Shown: in pieces, positions 1 to 13,782 of the stretch
Layout: each line of letters starts with the position of its first letter
Numbering within the stretch: position 1 is the stretch's first letter
From: Trichosphaerium sp. ATCC 40318
Lineage: Eukaryota; Protista; Tubulinea
NCBI GenBank assembly: GCA_038496445.1
Contig: JALMLS010000596.1
Coordinates: 186,001-250,000, forward strand
Reading direction: 5' to 3'
Length of the DNA: 64,000 nt
Translations under genes and position numbers: made by a program
Notes under the pieces: model-generated
Databases searched by the model: none
What the model was told of the DNA's origin: nothing
What the model saw: the letters and a program-made list of their open reading frames with translations, nothing else

Positions 1-1402
1 TCATTAAGCTATAGAGAAATCAACCACAGGCAAACAAAGTTAAATAAAATTATTATTATTTGATACCTCTAAAATAAATTCTTTTCCACTTTTTTTATCA
101 TGAACACCGTCCAGAGCACATATATCCATACCTATAGCCTAATGTATAATAAGTTATTATTGTTCTTTTAGAAGCCTTAATGATATTGTTGTATTACCTT
201 GCTGGCTTTGTCAACCCACAACTTATAGCGATCTTCAACCTTCGAAATTGTCAACAAAACACGTGGGCTAAGAAAACTGAAAATTCTACCTTTATATCTT
301 CATCCTTCTGCTGCATACCACTTCCCTTCCAATTGCTGGATACACGCTTAAATGCACGATAGTTATTTCCGATCTTTGTAAAAGGTCAGGAGGATATAGG
401 CACATAAAACCTTCAAACAAAAAAATAAAAAAAGAGGCAACTTACTTTTTGAATACGAATATCATAATCCCAATCAATAAAAGGCTCAGAAGTTACGTAA
501 CGGCCTTGAAGAGCAATAACACTTCTGAAATCTTCATAGTCAGATTGATTTGTTATCCTCATCTGCAATAAAATCAAACGTTAACAACAACATCTTTTTT
601 TTTTTTACTTACCTTTCCAAATCCAGCATGTGCTGTACCTATCTTCATTACAGTAGGGAAATCAGGAGGGAAAGTCTGTTAGATACGTTAAATAACTTAT
701 AATGGGTTGGTTTACTATTGTACCATTGAGCGCCATGCAGAGTAATACGTCTGATTTATCAAAGGAAACTTGTCCTTACCAAGTTTATTGCGAACCTAAA
801 AAAATTGTTTCTCTCTCCAATAACTGTACTAGATTATCCATACATACCTGTAGTAGTTTACCATATACAACAGGTTTCTCTAGACAGAAGTACAGAGATT
901 GAAGTGAGTTTCTAAGCGAGTTAAAAAATGTTAAAGTTACAAATTTTTATGGTATTTTTGTGCAGCTAAGAAAGCGTACATTGAAGGGACATTAGCGTGC
1001 ATGAGTCCAAACAACACGTTTCGCCAGTCTTGACCGTGTAACGCCTGTGTTGCGCTTCGTACAAGTACAAAATCAGGTGTGAAGGATCGCCTTTGTTTCT
1101 GGAGAGGCGTTAGAGCTGATTTATCTGCCTTTGCGCTGATTTATGTTACCTGTTGGTCGCGTGTTGGGTTTTTTGCCGGAAATAGGTCTAAAACGACCGA
1201 TCCACTGTCTGAATACGATGCCACAGATATTTCTACGCGATTTAAGTGATTAACAGTCGTTAAACGTTTAAAATTATGTACCACTCCATCGTGCCATTTC
1301 TACGTTAATAGGAAAGCCATTTACAGCCTCTTTGTCGAATACTTCATACCAATCGATTTTAGGGTCACCACCAATCACTAGAAGATTCTTCTTGCTGTGC
1401 AT
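1..1402 (-). CDS. Synapsin-like ATP-grasp protein (multi-exon, 3' end runs off the window)
   Basis: Spliced minus-strand exons read MHSKKNLLVIGGDPKIDWYEVF..., NSLQSLYFCLEKPVVYGKL, FPTVMKIGTAHAGFGK, YVTSEPFIDWDYDIRIQK, IGNNYRAFKRVSSNWKG and GMDICALDGVH. These are collinear with the synapsin C domain (LLVID...DWAKYF, KMGHAHSGMGK, EPFIDAKYDVRVQKIG, GLDICAV). The start codon is uncertain. Confidence 0.9.
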
Positions 1403-1878
1403 TATTGGTAGTCTGTATGTGAGGAGCTTGTATTATTCTTTGACAGCGGTTAACTGAATTTTATAAATACATTGTTACGCCGATTGTTTGGCGATATTTA
1501 GTCGAAAAAACTAAGAAATGTTGCCGTTTGAAACTGCATGGGTGTTCCCCATCTTTGTTTTCTTGAAAACCTGAGTATTGATCGATACGTTGGCTACAAT
1601 ATAGTCTATCTAAGTGCTTATAACAGCCACTTGAGAACAATATAAGTTGATGTCACTAAATGCAGGAACAAAAACAATGCACTATTCACTGTCTTTGTGG
1701 TGATGTAACAAACACAATGTCAATACAACTAATGTAATTTTTCATTTGTCGTATAGCACCAATGCTAATGCACATACATTCACACTTTGTGACAGACGTT
1801 CGTAGGTTAAAATATTATTCTAACTCGAATCTAGTGCTGTAAAAAAACTGGACACGCATGTTATAATACATTATATTT

Positions 1879-3399
1879 TTACCAATCATCGTCTTCTACA
1901 GCATCTGTATTTGCGATTTTCGCTAAAACTTCAGCATGTGTTTTCAATGGGAAACTCTCACATCCTAGTGTCTTTCCTCGTAACTCTTCACGTGCTTTTT
2001 TCTGTACATCCTCTTGACCATCTAACCATTTACCATATTTATCAACAACAAGGTCACGAGATCCATCTGGACCAATCTTGAATGGATTGTCTAAATTGGT
2101 AAAAAAAATTAGTTGCGGAAAAATAATACAAAAGAAGGTACCCCATTCTGAAGGTTCTCCAACGTAAACATCAAAAGGTTGTTTATAACAATTCCTCACA
2201 TATTTTCTAGTATCATGATGGGTATGTGATTTATGCTTTGGTTTAGGTGTGACAGTTGGTGATGAAGCAGCAGCGCATGCTTTAAATACAGGCTCCAAAA
2301 TGTTAACAATTACTTTTGGCGTTGCAACTCCAGTAATGTATAATGCTCTAGATAAACAGTAAGTCTTATTTGTCATATTGAGTATACTCGATAGGGTTTA
2401 ATAAAGGGTATACCGTATATGGTTATCAAGAATAAAAGATTTGAACTTTGATATGTTATCTTCAAGAACATCATCATCGCCATCATTTAGCATCAAAAAA
2501 TGTCTGTATTTATGGGACTCAATCGACTCTTCTTCATCCTATAATCCAATTAACACTCTACTCTAATACAAAGGATCATTAAACTTTGCTAAAAGACATA
2601 CCAGTTCCTCAGTTGGCGTTTCCCAATCACGTGAATCACAGTATTGACCCAACTTTGTTATAGCACGGTGATCTTGATCTACTGTTTTAAGAATAACAAC
2701 ACCATCAGCTTCCTCTGCATTCTACAACAATATACTTTAGCATCAACACAACAACAACAAGAACACATAATTCAGAAAAAGACACTGCCAAAACCAGTAC
2801 AACGAAGAAAGCGCGTACCAACTGATAAGTTTCGGCAATGTTATGAGGTGATTTTTCAAGGTTATATTTTCTCAATACATCATCTCCTGTTCCTTTGTAT
2901 GCGTTTCCTATATTCAATGGAAGTAAGTCGTTGTTATGAAGGTGGTTTATAAAGAATTTAAATACCTCTTGTCGTGATGGAAGACATTTTTGCTAGTTCA
3001 AGGGCTTTTGTCTCTACCATGCCGCCACCGCCGGCTATTACGTATTGAAGGCCTGAAAAAAATTATTGGTTCATTGTTTTAACTGGTTGAGTTAAAAACG
3101 GGTATAAGTGATACATTGTGGGCGTTTGCAGCAATTCAAAAAACTTTCCGAGTCGATTTACCTTTATATGGTGTAGAATCCAATTTAAACGCTTCATCTT
3201 TCGCTGGTTGCTCTGGAGTCCATCCTTCTGGACGTTTAACGCGTCTTGAGCTCAATTTTGCTGAAACGTAGCGGGAAGTCGTATAACCGCGTGTTTGTAC
3301 TGCTACCAGTACGTGTTAATAAAAGGAAACGAGTTACAGCAACTAAGATTAAAGAAACGTACAGACGCAACAAGTTTTAGTCGCCAATCGTGTCAGCAT
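1879..3399 (-). CDS. Putative mitochondrion-targeted protein with C-terminal DUF4326-like domain
   Basis: Arg-rich N-terminus (MLTRLATKT...). The C-terminus PFDVYVGEPSEW..NPFKIGPDGSRDLVVDKY...ELRGKTLGCESFPLKTHAEVL matches the DUF4326 pattern VYIGRPSxWGNPF...LxGKxLGCWCxPxxCHGDVL. Confidence 0.7.
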
Positions 3400-3487
3400 T
3401 GCCTATAGAGTAAACACTTGTCCCTTTGAAACTCAGAGAAGAATACTATGTTTGACCGTAGATTGAGCGATTTTTTGATTGTTTGAC

Positions 3488-5277
3488 ATGTCACAGTTAG
3501 ATGAAGCATTACACTTCGCAAATGTTACTCTACCGTCTAGTTTACATACGTCTTCACTGTGGCTTGACTCAAAATCGTTTTTGGACGTAGAGGCGCATAA
3601 AGCAGTTAACAAGATTTGCTCAAACGGCGCGTTGGCTATTGTATACGAGAACAATGGGCCAGTATGCGTTATTGCGCAGGTACGTACAACATCATTTCAA
3701 TTCAGTTACATTCGTAGAAAGAAAGCACAGAATACATAATCAACAACGCCAAGTTACCACTGGAGAAGGTTTACAACAGCAATGATGGCGTGCCTAAAAC
3801 GTACGCTCATGTAATACGTAAAAATACGCTCTTACGCTCTTAGGGTTTTAGAAGAAGGTTTGAAGCGTCTACTCACTCTTCATTTACAAGAACGCGGATG
3901 GACGCGTATTGGCGTTAAGACGTTCGTACATGGTGAATTACAGAAACAAAGACAAACAAGAGAAGCCATAGAGCTCGTAAGCCACTGTAATAGCCAAAAT
4001 ACGTAATTTAACTTAACCACTTAGCAATTCTCGCTTATAGACTCGTCTAAAGCTTGCTTCGCAATTAAACCAGCTGCATTACGTCATACTCCTTATAATT
4101 TAACAAATTTGATGTCATCTGATGTTGCTATGGCCATGTTTGAACGTGGTGAGCGTGTTTCTGGGGACTTTTTGGTTCAATCACAAGTATTGTGCTTTCC
4201 TCTTTTGAATGAAGGTGAAATTCGTTACATTCAGAAAAACCCTCCTCCTAGCAATAAGTTTAGCACAGAAGAAAAGTACAGAGAATACTGGAAAGAGGTT
4301 GTACGTCAGAACTTCGTACAATTGTTGAAACTTTTCCGATTTTTTTCGCAGTTGACTAATCACTCATAGTACGCTTGTACACTACCTGAAAATATAGAAG
4401 GATACGCTAGTATAGACTTTAATGGAAGCGTAAGAGTATATCCTATATGTTGTATCTGTTCTTCAACAGGGTTACTCGAAATCCGTTCCAAAACAAAAAA
4501 AATCGCATCACTTGCTTTGGAACATTTTTTTAAAGATGTTTGTGAGACACGGTGTTTTGGCAAGGTACTTCAAAGAACTATTATTTACTAGGCACTAAGA
4601 ACCCCTATTAGAAAGTATTTTCAATAATCAACGGCGTGTCTGAACCTAGATTCAATTCTTCAGGTGCGAGCAACTACGCGCGTAGCTAAATTTTTCCTAA
4701 TTTTTTCTTAAAGGATGGATATCAGCTTCAAAGCTTCCTAAAACAACAGAATCATTTCTAAACACGACAACAGACACAATTACAGCCAATAAACCATTAG
4801 AAGACAACCAAGACGATGTTTCACCAGAGCGCATACGAGAAATGCTGAATCCTCCAAGGTACTTCCGATTCTCATCCTTAAACCACTAAACCAAGCGTCA
4901 CTATAGGCTCAGCGCTCCTCAAACAGTTTCTAAACCAAAAACTACAAAAAAACTTTCAGAACCTCCAAAACCCAAGCGGAAAGGTAAAAGACTTGGTATG
5001 AGGCGAAATCAACAGGTACCAGCTGCATTAATTTACCTCATCAACAAAAATTAAAACTACAAAATCTCAAATCTAACAGCGTCTTATTTAGTCCAAAACA
5101 GTCGGTTCAGGTGTTGGACACCTCGCCAAAACGTCAAAGAAACCACTATCTAAACGACGCGTCCCAAAACAAGCGACAAATATCACCAAGTCTGAGACAA
5201 GGAAGAAAAGAAAACCGACGACAAAGTCAACTACTGCACGCAAGAAGAGGCGTGTGTCAACAAAAAAGGATACTTAA
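3488..5277 (+). CDS. C18orf63/DUF4708-like protein with Lys/Arg-rich C-terminal tail
   Basis: Multi-exon ORF with VLCFPLLNEG...YREYWKEVYACTLPE...VYPICCI, resembling the DUF4708 YWxxxYGxxLP...YPxxC motif. Basic low-complexity tail ends KKRRVSTKKDT*. Confidence 0.55.
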
Positions 5278-5590
5278 CAACGACTCTACTACGTCGAACT
5301 GTACATAAAAAATAAAAGGAACTACTGTTCCTTCCGTAGACGGTTATTTTCCTGAATCGAAGTGTTGATGTTAGCTGAACGGTTTACAGTCCAAGCAAGG
5401 CTTGTTTTGGGCGTCCAGACGCCTTTGTATTTTTAGTAAATACTTCAACAACGGAGCTAGGCCTTTATTTGTGCCTTCCTTGCAGTCGTGTGAACCAAAA
5501 ATCGGGGTTGGAAATAATCTCCGACCTTTTTCTTTTTTTTTCATTTAATCCAAAAGACGGCACTGTTCTCCACCTCAAACACATTAAAAA

Positions 5591-8548
5591 ATGTCGCTTA
5601 TGCAGCGATCTATATCGCATAAGCAAGTTATGGGTGGTAGTAGGTTCTCAGCTGCAGAGAAGATTGGTCAATTCGCTCGTGTTATTATTGTTCGAGTTCA
5701 AAAAATACAGAAATATACGTGCGAAATGGAGCTAGATGACATGGTATCAAACAAGACAAGGAGACATGTATCGTTATTGATAGAAATGATCAATGGTAAG
5801 CTTTTAATTCAAAAAACTAAAAAAAACGTTTGTACACGTGATAATGAACCGGTACTATAACGAAACGTGTAAAACAGCTTTTTTTAAGGTTCTTTTTTTT
5901 TCGTTCTTATGCGTTTTAGAACTTGGACAAGTAACGGCGCCTATGCCTTTTCTTTCAACATCTAAACAAGATATTCATACTGCGGAACACCCTAGGCAAC
6001 TTGATTTACTCCGACTCTGTAAGCGTTAAATTTACCCAATTTGTTTTCATCAACTCATTATTATTTTGTTAGCATTGCAAAGAATGGTTACTGAGGTTGT
6101 ATGGAAATGTACTTACGTAGCAACACTTTGTCAGCACGTGAAACACATGGAATTTACTTTTAAAAATTACCTCCGGATATTTGAGGCCATTGACAAGGTA
6201 CTACAAAGGCTTATTTTCTCGTACAAAGACGTAACATTTTTTTAATAAGTTAATTGTGTTTTCTTTCTTTAGCACATGCATTCTATTCGCGATGAATCTC
6301 CTAAACGCTCTTATGCAAAGAGTACAACAGGTCCACCGCCTCCTGAGTCGTGGATTGGAGGAAATAAGAGAAAAAGAAGCGTGAGCAGCACTGAAGTGTT
6401 TAAAAAGTTACCAAAGACATTCTCACCTATAAAAAAGAGCTGGGTGTACATCAAAGGTATGTCAACGCCTTACTTTTTTGATTTTTAGCGTTGTAACACG
6501 TGCGGTTTAGTGAATGAAGCTAAGAATTTACATCACCGAGAATTTAACAGAAAACCAAACCCATACGTCTGTATTATTGTCGATAAAGAGAAGTACTACA
6601 TGACAAATACAATAGCAAGTACAGATACGCCAGTATGGTCTAAAGATTTCCATTTGTACGTACCTAACACGTGACATGCTGTAAAAAAACATTCCATCAA
6701 TTTTTTTATCGCACGTGCTAAGGCTTGATGAGCACATGTTAAAAAGCGCAAGTTTTCTTTTTTTTCTGAGGTTAATGTTTACCCCTTTTTACAGTTCGAT
6801 CCCTTCAACAGCGAAAGAGATAAAACTTCGTGTTTATGATAGAGGTGATGCATTCGATAAATGTCTTGGAGAGACCACGTTCCGTATAAGAGCACAGAGG
6901 ACGCATAAGTTCAGTGGATTTATGGATCTCGTTCCACGTGCTACGAGCTCTAAAAGTGGTCACCGAACTATGTCAGCTTCGGCTCTTAAAAACCTTGGAG
7001 CGTCAATGACAAGTCTAACTTCAATAAAAGGACTAGGTCGCTTGAACTTTACTCTACAATATGAGGTACGTATACAAACGCAAATACCTTCTAGTTACTT
7101 ATTGCTTTAGGGTCAAGTTGTCCTTCCCGAAGAGTGCTACGATGAAATTTTTGAGGTTCGTTTTGATAGGGTTTTGTGGCTCTTGTGCTGATTGTTTCGT
7201 AGATCTTTTCAAGTGATAGCACAGTACTCCTCACACTAGCAGAGCTCACTGAGTTCGATGAGACACCAATGAGAAAAGCTGTACTACGCTCCTTTATCAC
7301 TGCTTTGCATAGCAAAAACTTAGCGTTGGGTTTTCTAAAAGATGTGGTAACAAAAGAAATCAACAGTTCAAGTATGGCACCTTAATTAACATTGTCTTCT
7401 AATGCTTTTATAGCAAGTTTGTCTACAGTATTTAGAAGCAGCTCAGCCGCAGTTACATCACTCTCGATATTCGTTCTAATGCGTTGTGAACCATTACTCC
7501 GTGCTTCAATAAAACCACATATTGAGGCATTTTGCAAGAAACCAAAGAAGCTTAATGCACGTGTTCCATACCACCTTTTTTTGAAAAATCACTAGCATCT
7601 TTTTCTTTACAATGACTAACATCAACTTACAAATACAATAGTACAATGATGTATTGAAGGATAAAGCAAAAACAAAACGTATAGATAACCTTGCAGCTTT
7701 TGTTGATAAACTATGGCAAAGTATTATCAAGAGTCACAATCAAGTGCCACCGTACGTTCATTCTGAAGCACGTTTTTCAGTAACCTTCTTTTTTTAGTGA
7801 TGTAAGAGAACTTATTTCGTGGGTCCGTGATAGCGCTGCAAATAAATGGCCAGCAGAAACAACAGCAGAATATGTTGCTGCTTCAAATCTAATGTTCTTG
7901 AGATTATTCGCTCCAGCAATCATGGCGCCATACGCCTTTAACATGGTTGAAGGTTCGCTTGTTTTAACACCTTAAGTCATCTTTCATTTCTAACTAACTA
8001 TTTACCAGAGCCTCCATCGGACCTTGCTTCAGCCGGGCTAAAACATGCTGCCAAGATTTTACTTTTGTTGGCGAATTTCAGACCACTTCCAAACAATGAT
8101 ATACTACTTCATAAGATTCATCTATTCCTCTCCCAGAATAAGCGTAGAATGGAGTCTTATCTTGATTTCCCTGAATTAAATGGTTCGTATGAATGTAACA
8201 GAGTCGGTGGGAGGAAGATATTTAAAGCACTAACAGCTGCAAACATGAACGCTGCAAATTATAAAAACTTGACAGATAACACAAATAGTGCTGATCCTTA
8301 CTTGGATGCAATGGTCCATGTATCTTCCTTGTTGATGCGTAAACTCGATACAATCAAAGCAATGCCTCCTGTGCGTACTAGTCTCACAAAAACCAAAATT
8401 CATCAAAAAACACGTGTTGTGGTTTTTTCGTGTTTTCTTTTTTTGTTTGTTTGTGGGTGTCTTACTTGCTGTTTAGACAAATGAACTTACTCAATTGATA
8501 AAGAGAGTTGAAGCTCTTAAGGTTGGTGTGAATAAATTCCCATGGTAA
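5591..8548 (+). CDS. C2-domain RasGAP
   Basis: C2-like KLRVYDRGDAFDKCLGETTF, arginine-finger region TVFRSSSAA, and RasGAP signature NLMFLRLFAPAIMAP. Confidence 0.85.
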
Positions 8549-8822
8549 CAAACGTAGATTCTTATCAGTGAAAAAAAACTACATGTAAATAGAAAAAAAA
8601 ACCAACACACCAGTGTTGTGTATTGACGATAGTGTAAATAATAAAAAAGTTCAAGCAATAGCACATGGTATTGTAAAAAGGTCAATGTAGCTACGGCAAT
8701 ATTTTTTTATTTACACACTTACAATTTGATTGGGTGACATGATCGAACTTTTGGTTTCTAAAAGGAGATGATGTTAAGAACAACAAAGCTGTTTTTGTTA
8801 TGAAAAAAGCAAAGAACTAATG

Positions 8823-11370
8823 TTACGTACCTTGTTCTGGTAGCATTCTAATACCAGTTATCATATCACCATATACTGTATTTATACTACCATCAACGTG
8901 TGGCGCAAGTAAGTTACGTATACTTGCCAAGTCTCCACGCCACCAGTAAGGGACTAACACCAATGTAATACCATGGCTCTTTAAGTAACGAGATTTTTCT
9001 TCATCACGTGCTTCAAAAGCTACTGTAGGTATCATATGAGGTACACAATCCATATAGTGGTGTTGTCCTAAAACAGTAAGAAATAAAGGAACGAATTGTT
9101 TGGTTCTTTCTCAAAAAAAAACTGAAATGTTTACAGTTCAAACAGTACTCACCTTGATATTCCACTGCCACGTTGTGAGATGGTATAAAAATATCCACTG
9201 AGAAATGCCTTCCCGTAGTAGAGTCAACGCCAACTGGAAATTCTTCTAATATTACAGTATCGGGTAGTGCTTTCTTTACACTTTCAAGAAGCCACCTAAG
9301 GTGCGACGTCAAAATATGATACAAGAATGTCATGTTCACTAAGTAAGGAACATACCTTTGAGAAGATCTCTTTGAGGGAGATCCAAAGTTTCGCCATACC
9401 CATTTATACCCAGGATGAAGACCTTTTAATGCAGCTGGATAATAACGGGCAAATCCTCGTCCACCAAGTTCGGCAAGTTGTGTATCTGAAATCCGATACC
9501 TAACAGGCTCAATTGAGTAATCACAATAAGAGTGATAGAAGCAGAGATGCAGGTATCTTATGGTTTTCAAGACGAATAAAGAGTGACAAACTTACCATTC
9601 CCTTGGATGACAGATTTGAAGTTTTTCTTCGACATGTTGAAGAAATGCAATCTGATTTTCTCTATTCCAAAATCGCTTCTTGTCCCTTTTATTTTCATTA
9701 AATATTATGGCTAGAATATCATGTAAACTCTTGTACCTCTCAAAATCATACATTCCCTTATAGAGATAACTTAAAGTATTATACAATGAAAATCCATATC
9801 TAGGAAGTGATTCAGTTGAAATTCAATGAAGGACGCCGTGATGCTTATTTATATTCTTGACTTATCGGTATAGATTTTTAAGTGTTACCTATTAATAAGA
9901 CCAGAATATCCTAGATCATTTACAAGTTCATGTGTGATAGTGTACCAGTCATCAAAAGTAAATACAGCTAATTTTTTACCAAGATCTTCAATTGATTCTA
10001 ACTGGTTGTTTATATCATCCCAGTATCCTTTAGGTGTATATCTAATAGTTAATAATTACCACAAAACAGAGGGCATTAAAACCAAAAAGAGGGTGAAAGC
10101 AAAATATCACGTGATGTTCAACATACAAAAACTTTGTAGGCTCCCAGTCATGATTTTTATAAATAGTCTGAAGAGCTAGAGAGAACGATCCACGGTACCT
10201 TTAAATAGTAATTTGTTAGATTTTGTTAGTGTTAAACATAGTCATGACATACTTTCCTACAATTATACCCCATATCGTATGTTCTTGAGCAACTTCAATG
10301 CCTGTAGTGTTGTACCTAACCAAAACATTTAGTGTGGAAAAAAAGTAATGAACGTAGTACCAATCATCCAATATCTTGATACCTATGGCTTCGCCAGCAT
10401 GCTCAAATCTCTCCCTATGATCGGTTGCATGTGCAACGTTTCTGAGTCATATTAAAAACAATCCACAGGAGAAGCGAAGCAATAAGAACTTAAAAAAAGT
10501 ACAAACCTTCGAAGTGCTGGTTCCCAATCAAACTCTGAAAAGACTGCTTTCAGTGTATTGAACAAAGAGAAATCGTGGCTACATTGCATTAATTAGTATG
10601 TATTGAGTTTGGTTGTAAACCTTTCTATTGGGTATAATGATGAATGAGTTCATACCTTATGGAGAGATAAACATTATTTCCTCGAATTTCTTCAGCTTTG
10701 ACATGGTACCATTCATCGAATGTTTTAATGCCAAGAATCTTGCCAATATGATTAAAACTTTCTCTTATACCTTCCTTGTTTTGCCAATAAAACCGAGGGG
10801 AAACCCTATTGTTGACAAATGAAAACAAACCGGTCACCAAAGTAAAAAGTGAACATGTTGGTTTCAACATTTCATTAAAATTCACTTTCTTATTTTGTAC
10901 CTGAATTTGAAAGGCACCCATTTGAAAGATGGATAAACAGCTTGCAAGGTAGACGATATTGAGTTGTTATACCTAAAAAGATTTTTGTTTGTAAGAAGTT
11001 CGAAAGAAGGAAAGAAGAGCAGAAACAAGTTTTGTCAATTTTAATCGATAAAAATATCTAAAGTCGCCTGACGTTGTACCTATTTAGTATTGGTCCACCA
11101 CCTATCGCTTTAACGTCCAAATACGTTATTTTATACCATTCTGGCATTGTTTTAACGTCAAGTGTTTCACTGGCACTTTGAAAGAAAATACGTTGGTTGT
11201 TGATACACGCCCAGCGACTTAATGTCATTTGAGACGCGTTTGACAGATTTTAACGAAAATGTAGTGTATTCGGACCAAAATAGCAGCCTTTGACGGTTAT
11301 ATACTATGTATGCGTAATTTAGCGCTATATGTGACCAATTGTTGTTAGATACGCCATTCCTACCAACCAC
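8823..11370 (-). CDS. Trp-rich tandem-repeat protein with C-terminal PD-(D/E)XK (RAP/DUF559-like) domain
   Basis: Repeats of the type YWQNKEGIRESFNHIGKILGIKTFDEWYHV. C-terminal SVDIFIPSHNVAVEYQGQHHY...RDEEKSRYLKSHGITLVLVPYWW. The 5' end is approximate. Confidence 0.75.
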
Positions 11371-11684
11371 CGCCTTTTTTTGTATTACTCACGCTTGCCT
11401 ACGCACGGTACGTCTTGGGCGGTATTTTGACTCTCGGCAAAAAAGTCTGACCGTTTTTGCTGTCTATAATTGTACCGAACTCGCGCCTATGATACACTTA
11501 CTGGTGACGCGTTTCTGCTATTTTTTTGCGAAGTGTCAACGTCATAGTTTATCCGTCAAGCGAAAAATTGAGTATCCACGCTTTGGAAGCACTCGTTAGG
11601 CTAACAAGACAAGTCTTCACAGCGCTTTCACTTTCACGTAATACATTTCAACTGTGGCTTGTCAATTGCATTTAAACCACTCAA

Positions 11685-12550
11685 ATGATATCAAGACAAC
11701 TACTCAAAGCTATAGATTTCGCTGCAAGCAAGCATAGGGTATGTTAGGCTGTATTTTACTAACAATAGCTTCTCACAGCATCAAATAGACGCAAAGACGT
11801 AAAGGTGGCGACAGGGACCCTTATATTAACCATCCAATCGGAGTTGCAAATTTACTCGTCTCAACTGGCAAATTATCAGACGAAGACCTTCCCATTCTTC
11901 AAGCAGCTGTGCTGCATGAGTACGACAATTATTTTTAACCTGATTCGTTAACGTTGTTTAGTACAATTGAAGATACAAACACAACTTTTAAAGAAATCGA
12001 AGACAAGTACAGTGAATGTGCTCCCGTTCAGTTTCCTTACCTGTTTTCGTTTAGGTTCGGTCCTACAGTTCTAGCGTATGTCAAGGATGTTACTGATGAT
12101 AAAACCCAACCTAAACACGTGCGAAAAATGAACCAAGTGAACCACGCAGCACACTTGCCACGTGGGAGTAAACTCATAAAACTCGCCGATAAACTGTACA
12201 ACTTGAGGGACTTGCTCGTCAATACACCTGATAAATGGGATGCCGAACGTGTACAAGGTAACAATACATACCTATTAATCAAATGTACTAATTATCAACA
12301 ATAGGATACTTTGTGTGGGCGAGAAAAGTCACAGACAGTGAGTTGTTTCTCTCAATTTTGTAATTTTTTTTCACATTTTTTATGTTTTTTAGATTTGCGT
12401 GGCACAAACGAATTCCTTGAGAAAGAACTAGATAAAGTATTTAGTTCTACTTTTAATCACGATGGTAAAACATACAGTGTTCTTCCTGACTGTGATTTGG
12501 AAGCATATTTACAAGAATATTATAAGAAAATGAGTGTAGCCAAGGATTAG
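11685..12550 (+). CDS. HDDC3: MESH1/HDDC3 HD-domain (p)ppGpp/NADPH phosphatase
   Basis: LLKAIDFAASKH...PYINHPIGVA...AAVLHDTIEDT...VTDDK...KLIKLADKLYNLRDL are the canonical Mesh1 motifs. Confidence 0.93.
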
Positions 12551-12808
12551 CAATTTGGTTGCAGTGTGTGTTAGAATAAACTTATAAGTATTCCACTAGT
12601 TTCAAAGTACCGTGATTGTCACCTTTTCTTTTACTTTCCTGTTTCTTTTCATTTTTATTGAAGTTTTTTACTCAAAGTGATGGAAATATCAAGCCGCTAA
12701 GACTACTCGAATATGTGAACTAACAATGACCTTTTGCGTCTCTCAAAACTTGGCTTATTTGTCAACTTAACTGGTACTTAATTGCTATCTCTCAGAGATA
12801 ATTAAAAC

Positions 12809-13570
12809 ATGTCAAGTACATTGTCATATACGTTTGCTTTTTCTACCTCTGACAAACCTGAGCAATATACTATCCCCCATGACAATCTGTTAAACCATCC
12901 AGAGTCTATTTTAGTTGGTCTCATTAACGAAACAGTCAGCGATCAAGCCAAAGCGAACCAAAACAATAAATATGAGCTTTCGAGGTGTGTCAATTTATCT
13001 CATTTATTTCATTGACATTTACAAAGGTTTAAAGACGAGTTCAAGTACATTGCGATGTTCTACAACACTGGCAGTGTTGTATTGGAAGAATTAGTAGTTA
13101 AACAGATATGGTCTCTCATTGAAGCCTTTGATTACTACTGTTTACCACTTAAAATCGAAGAGCTACAATTCAAACGAGTTGGTGAGACCGATAAGTTAGT
13201 ACCTTAATTACTTTGCTTTAGGTGATACGGCTACTTTTCAAGCGTTCAAAAATTATGTACCTAAGGTCAGAGAATTACACACAAAGGCTCTGGAGGCTGC
13301 AAGCAACGCTGTATGATAACAACTAGGTAAAAGTATCATTAATAGTATACATAGGTTTCATCATCTCTCTCATGTTCCAGCGTTGTTATTTATGATAAAG
13401 ATAGAGTAACACGAGAGTACCTAGGATTTAATACGTTGTGTCAACTGCTTGCAGAAGATGTGATCTCAGTCCGCAAAGGTAAAGACACTGGCTATGGGAT
13501 ACCTATAACATTATCCTGGAGGCAAATAGATACAACATTCGTGTCACTGTTGGTTAAGGCGACCAAGTGA
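12809..13570 (+). CDS. BTB/POZ (KCTD-like) domain protein
   Basis: NLLNHPESILVGLI...SRFKDEFKYIAMFYNTG...EAFDYYCLP resembles the T1-type BTB fold. Confidence 0.65.
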
Positions 13571-13782
13571 CTTGAAAGGAAATCTCAAAAGCAAAAATTG
13601 CTAAACCAACAAACTGTAATAAAATGATTTGCGCTAGGCTTGTTTGTCATCAACATAACATGTACTTCAAGCACATTCTGAATTCACATGAAGCCTTATT
13701 TCAATGTACAACAGTTTGCAACCGACATATTTATTCTTTTATCTACAGATTTGTTTGAATTGTTTGTTTCGGATCTTCACAA

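Noticed and set aside
11685-12550. MESH1 as evidence of a stringent-response system
   Set aside because: Mesh1/HDDC3 is widespread in eukaryotes and no RelA/SpoT synthetase is present in the window.
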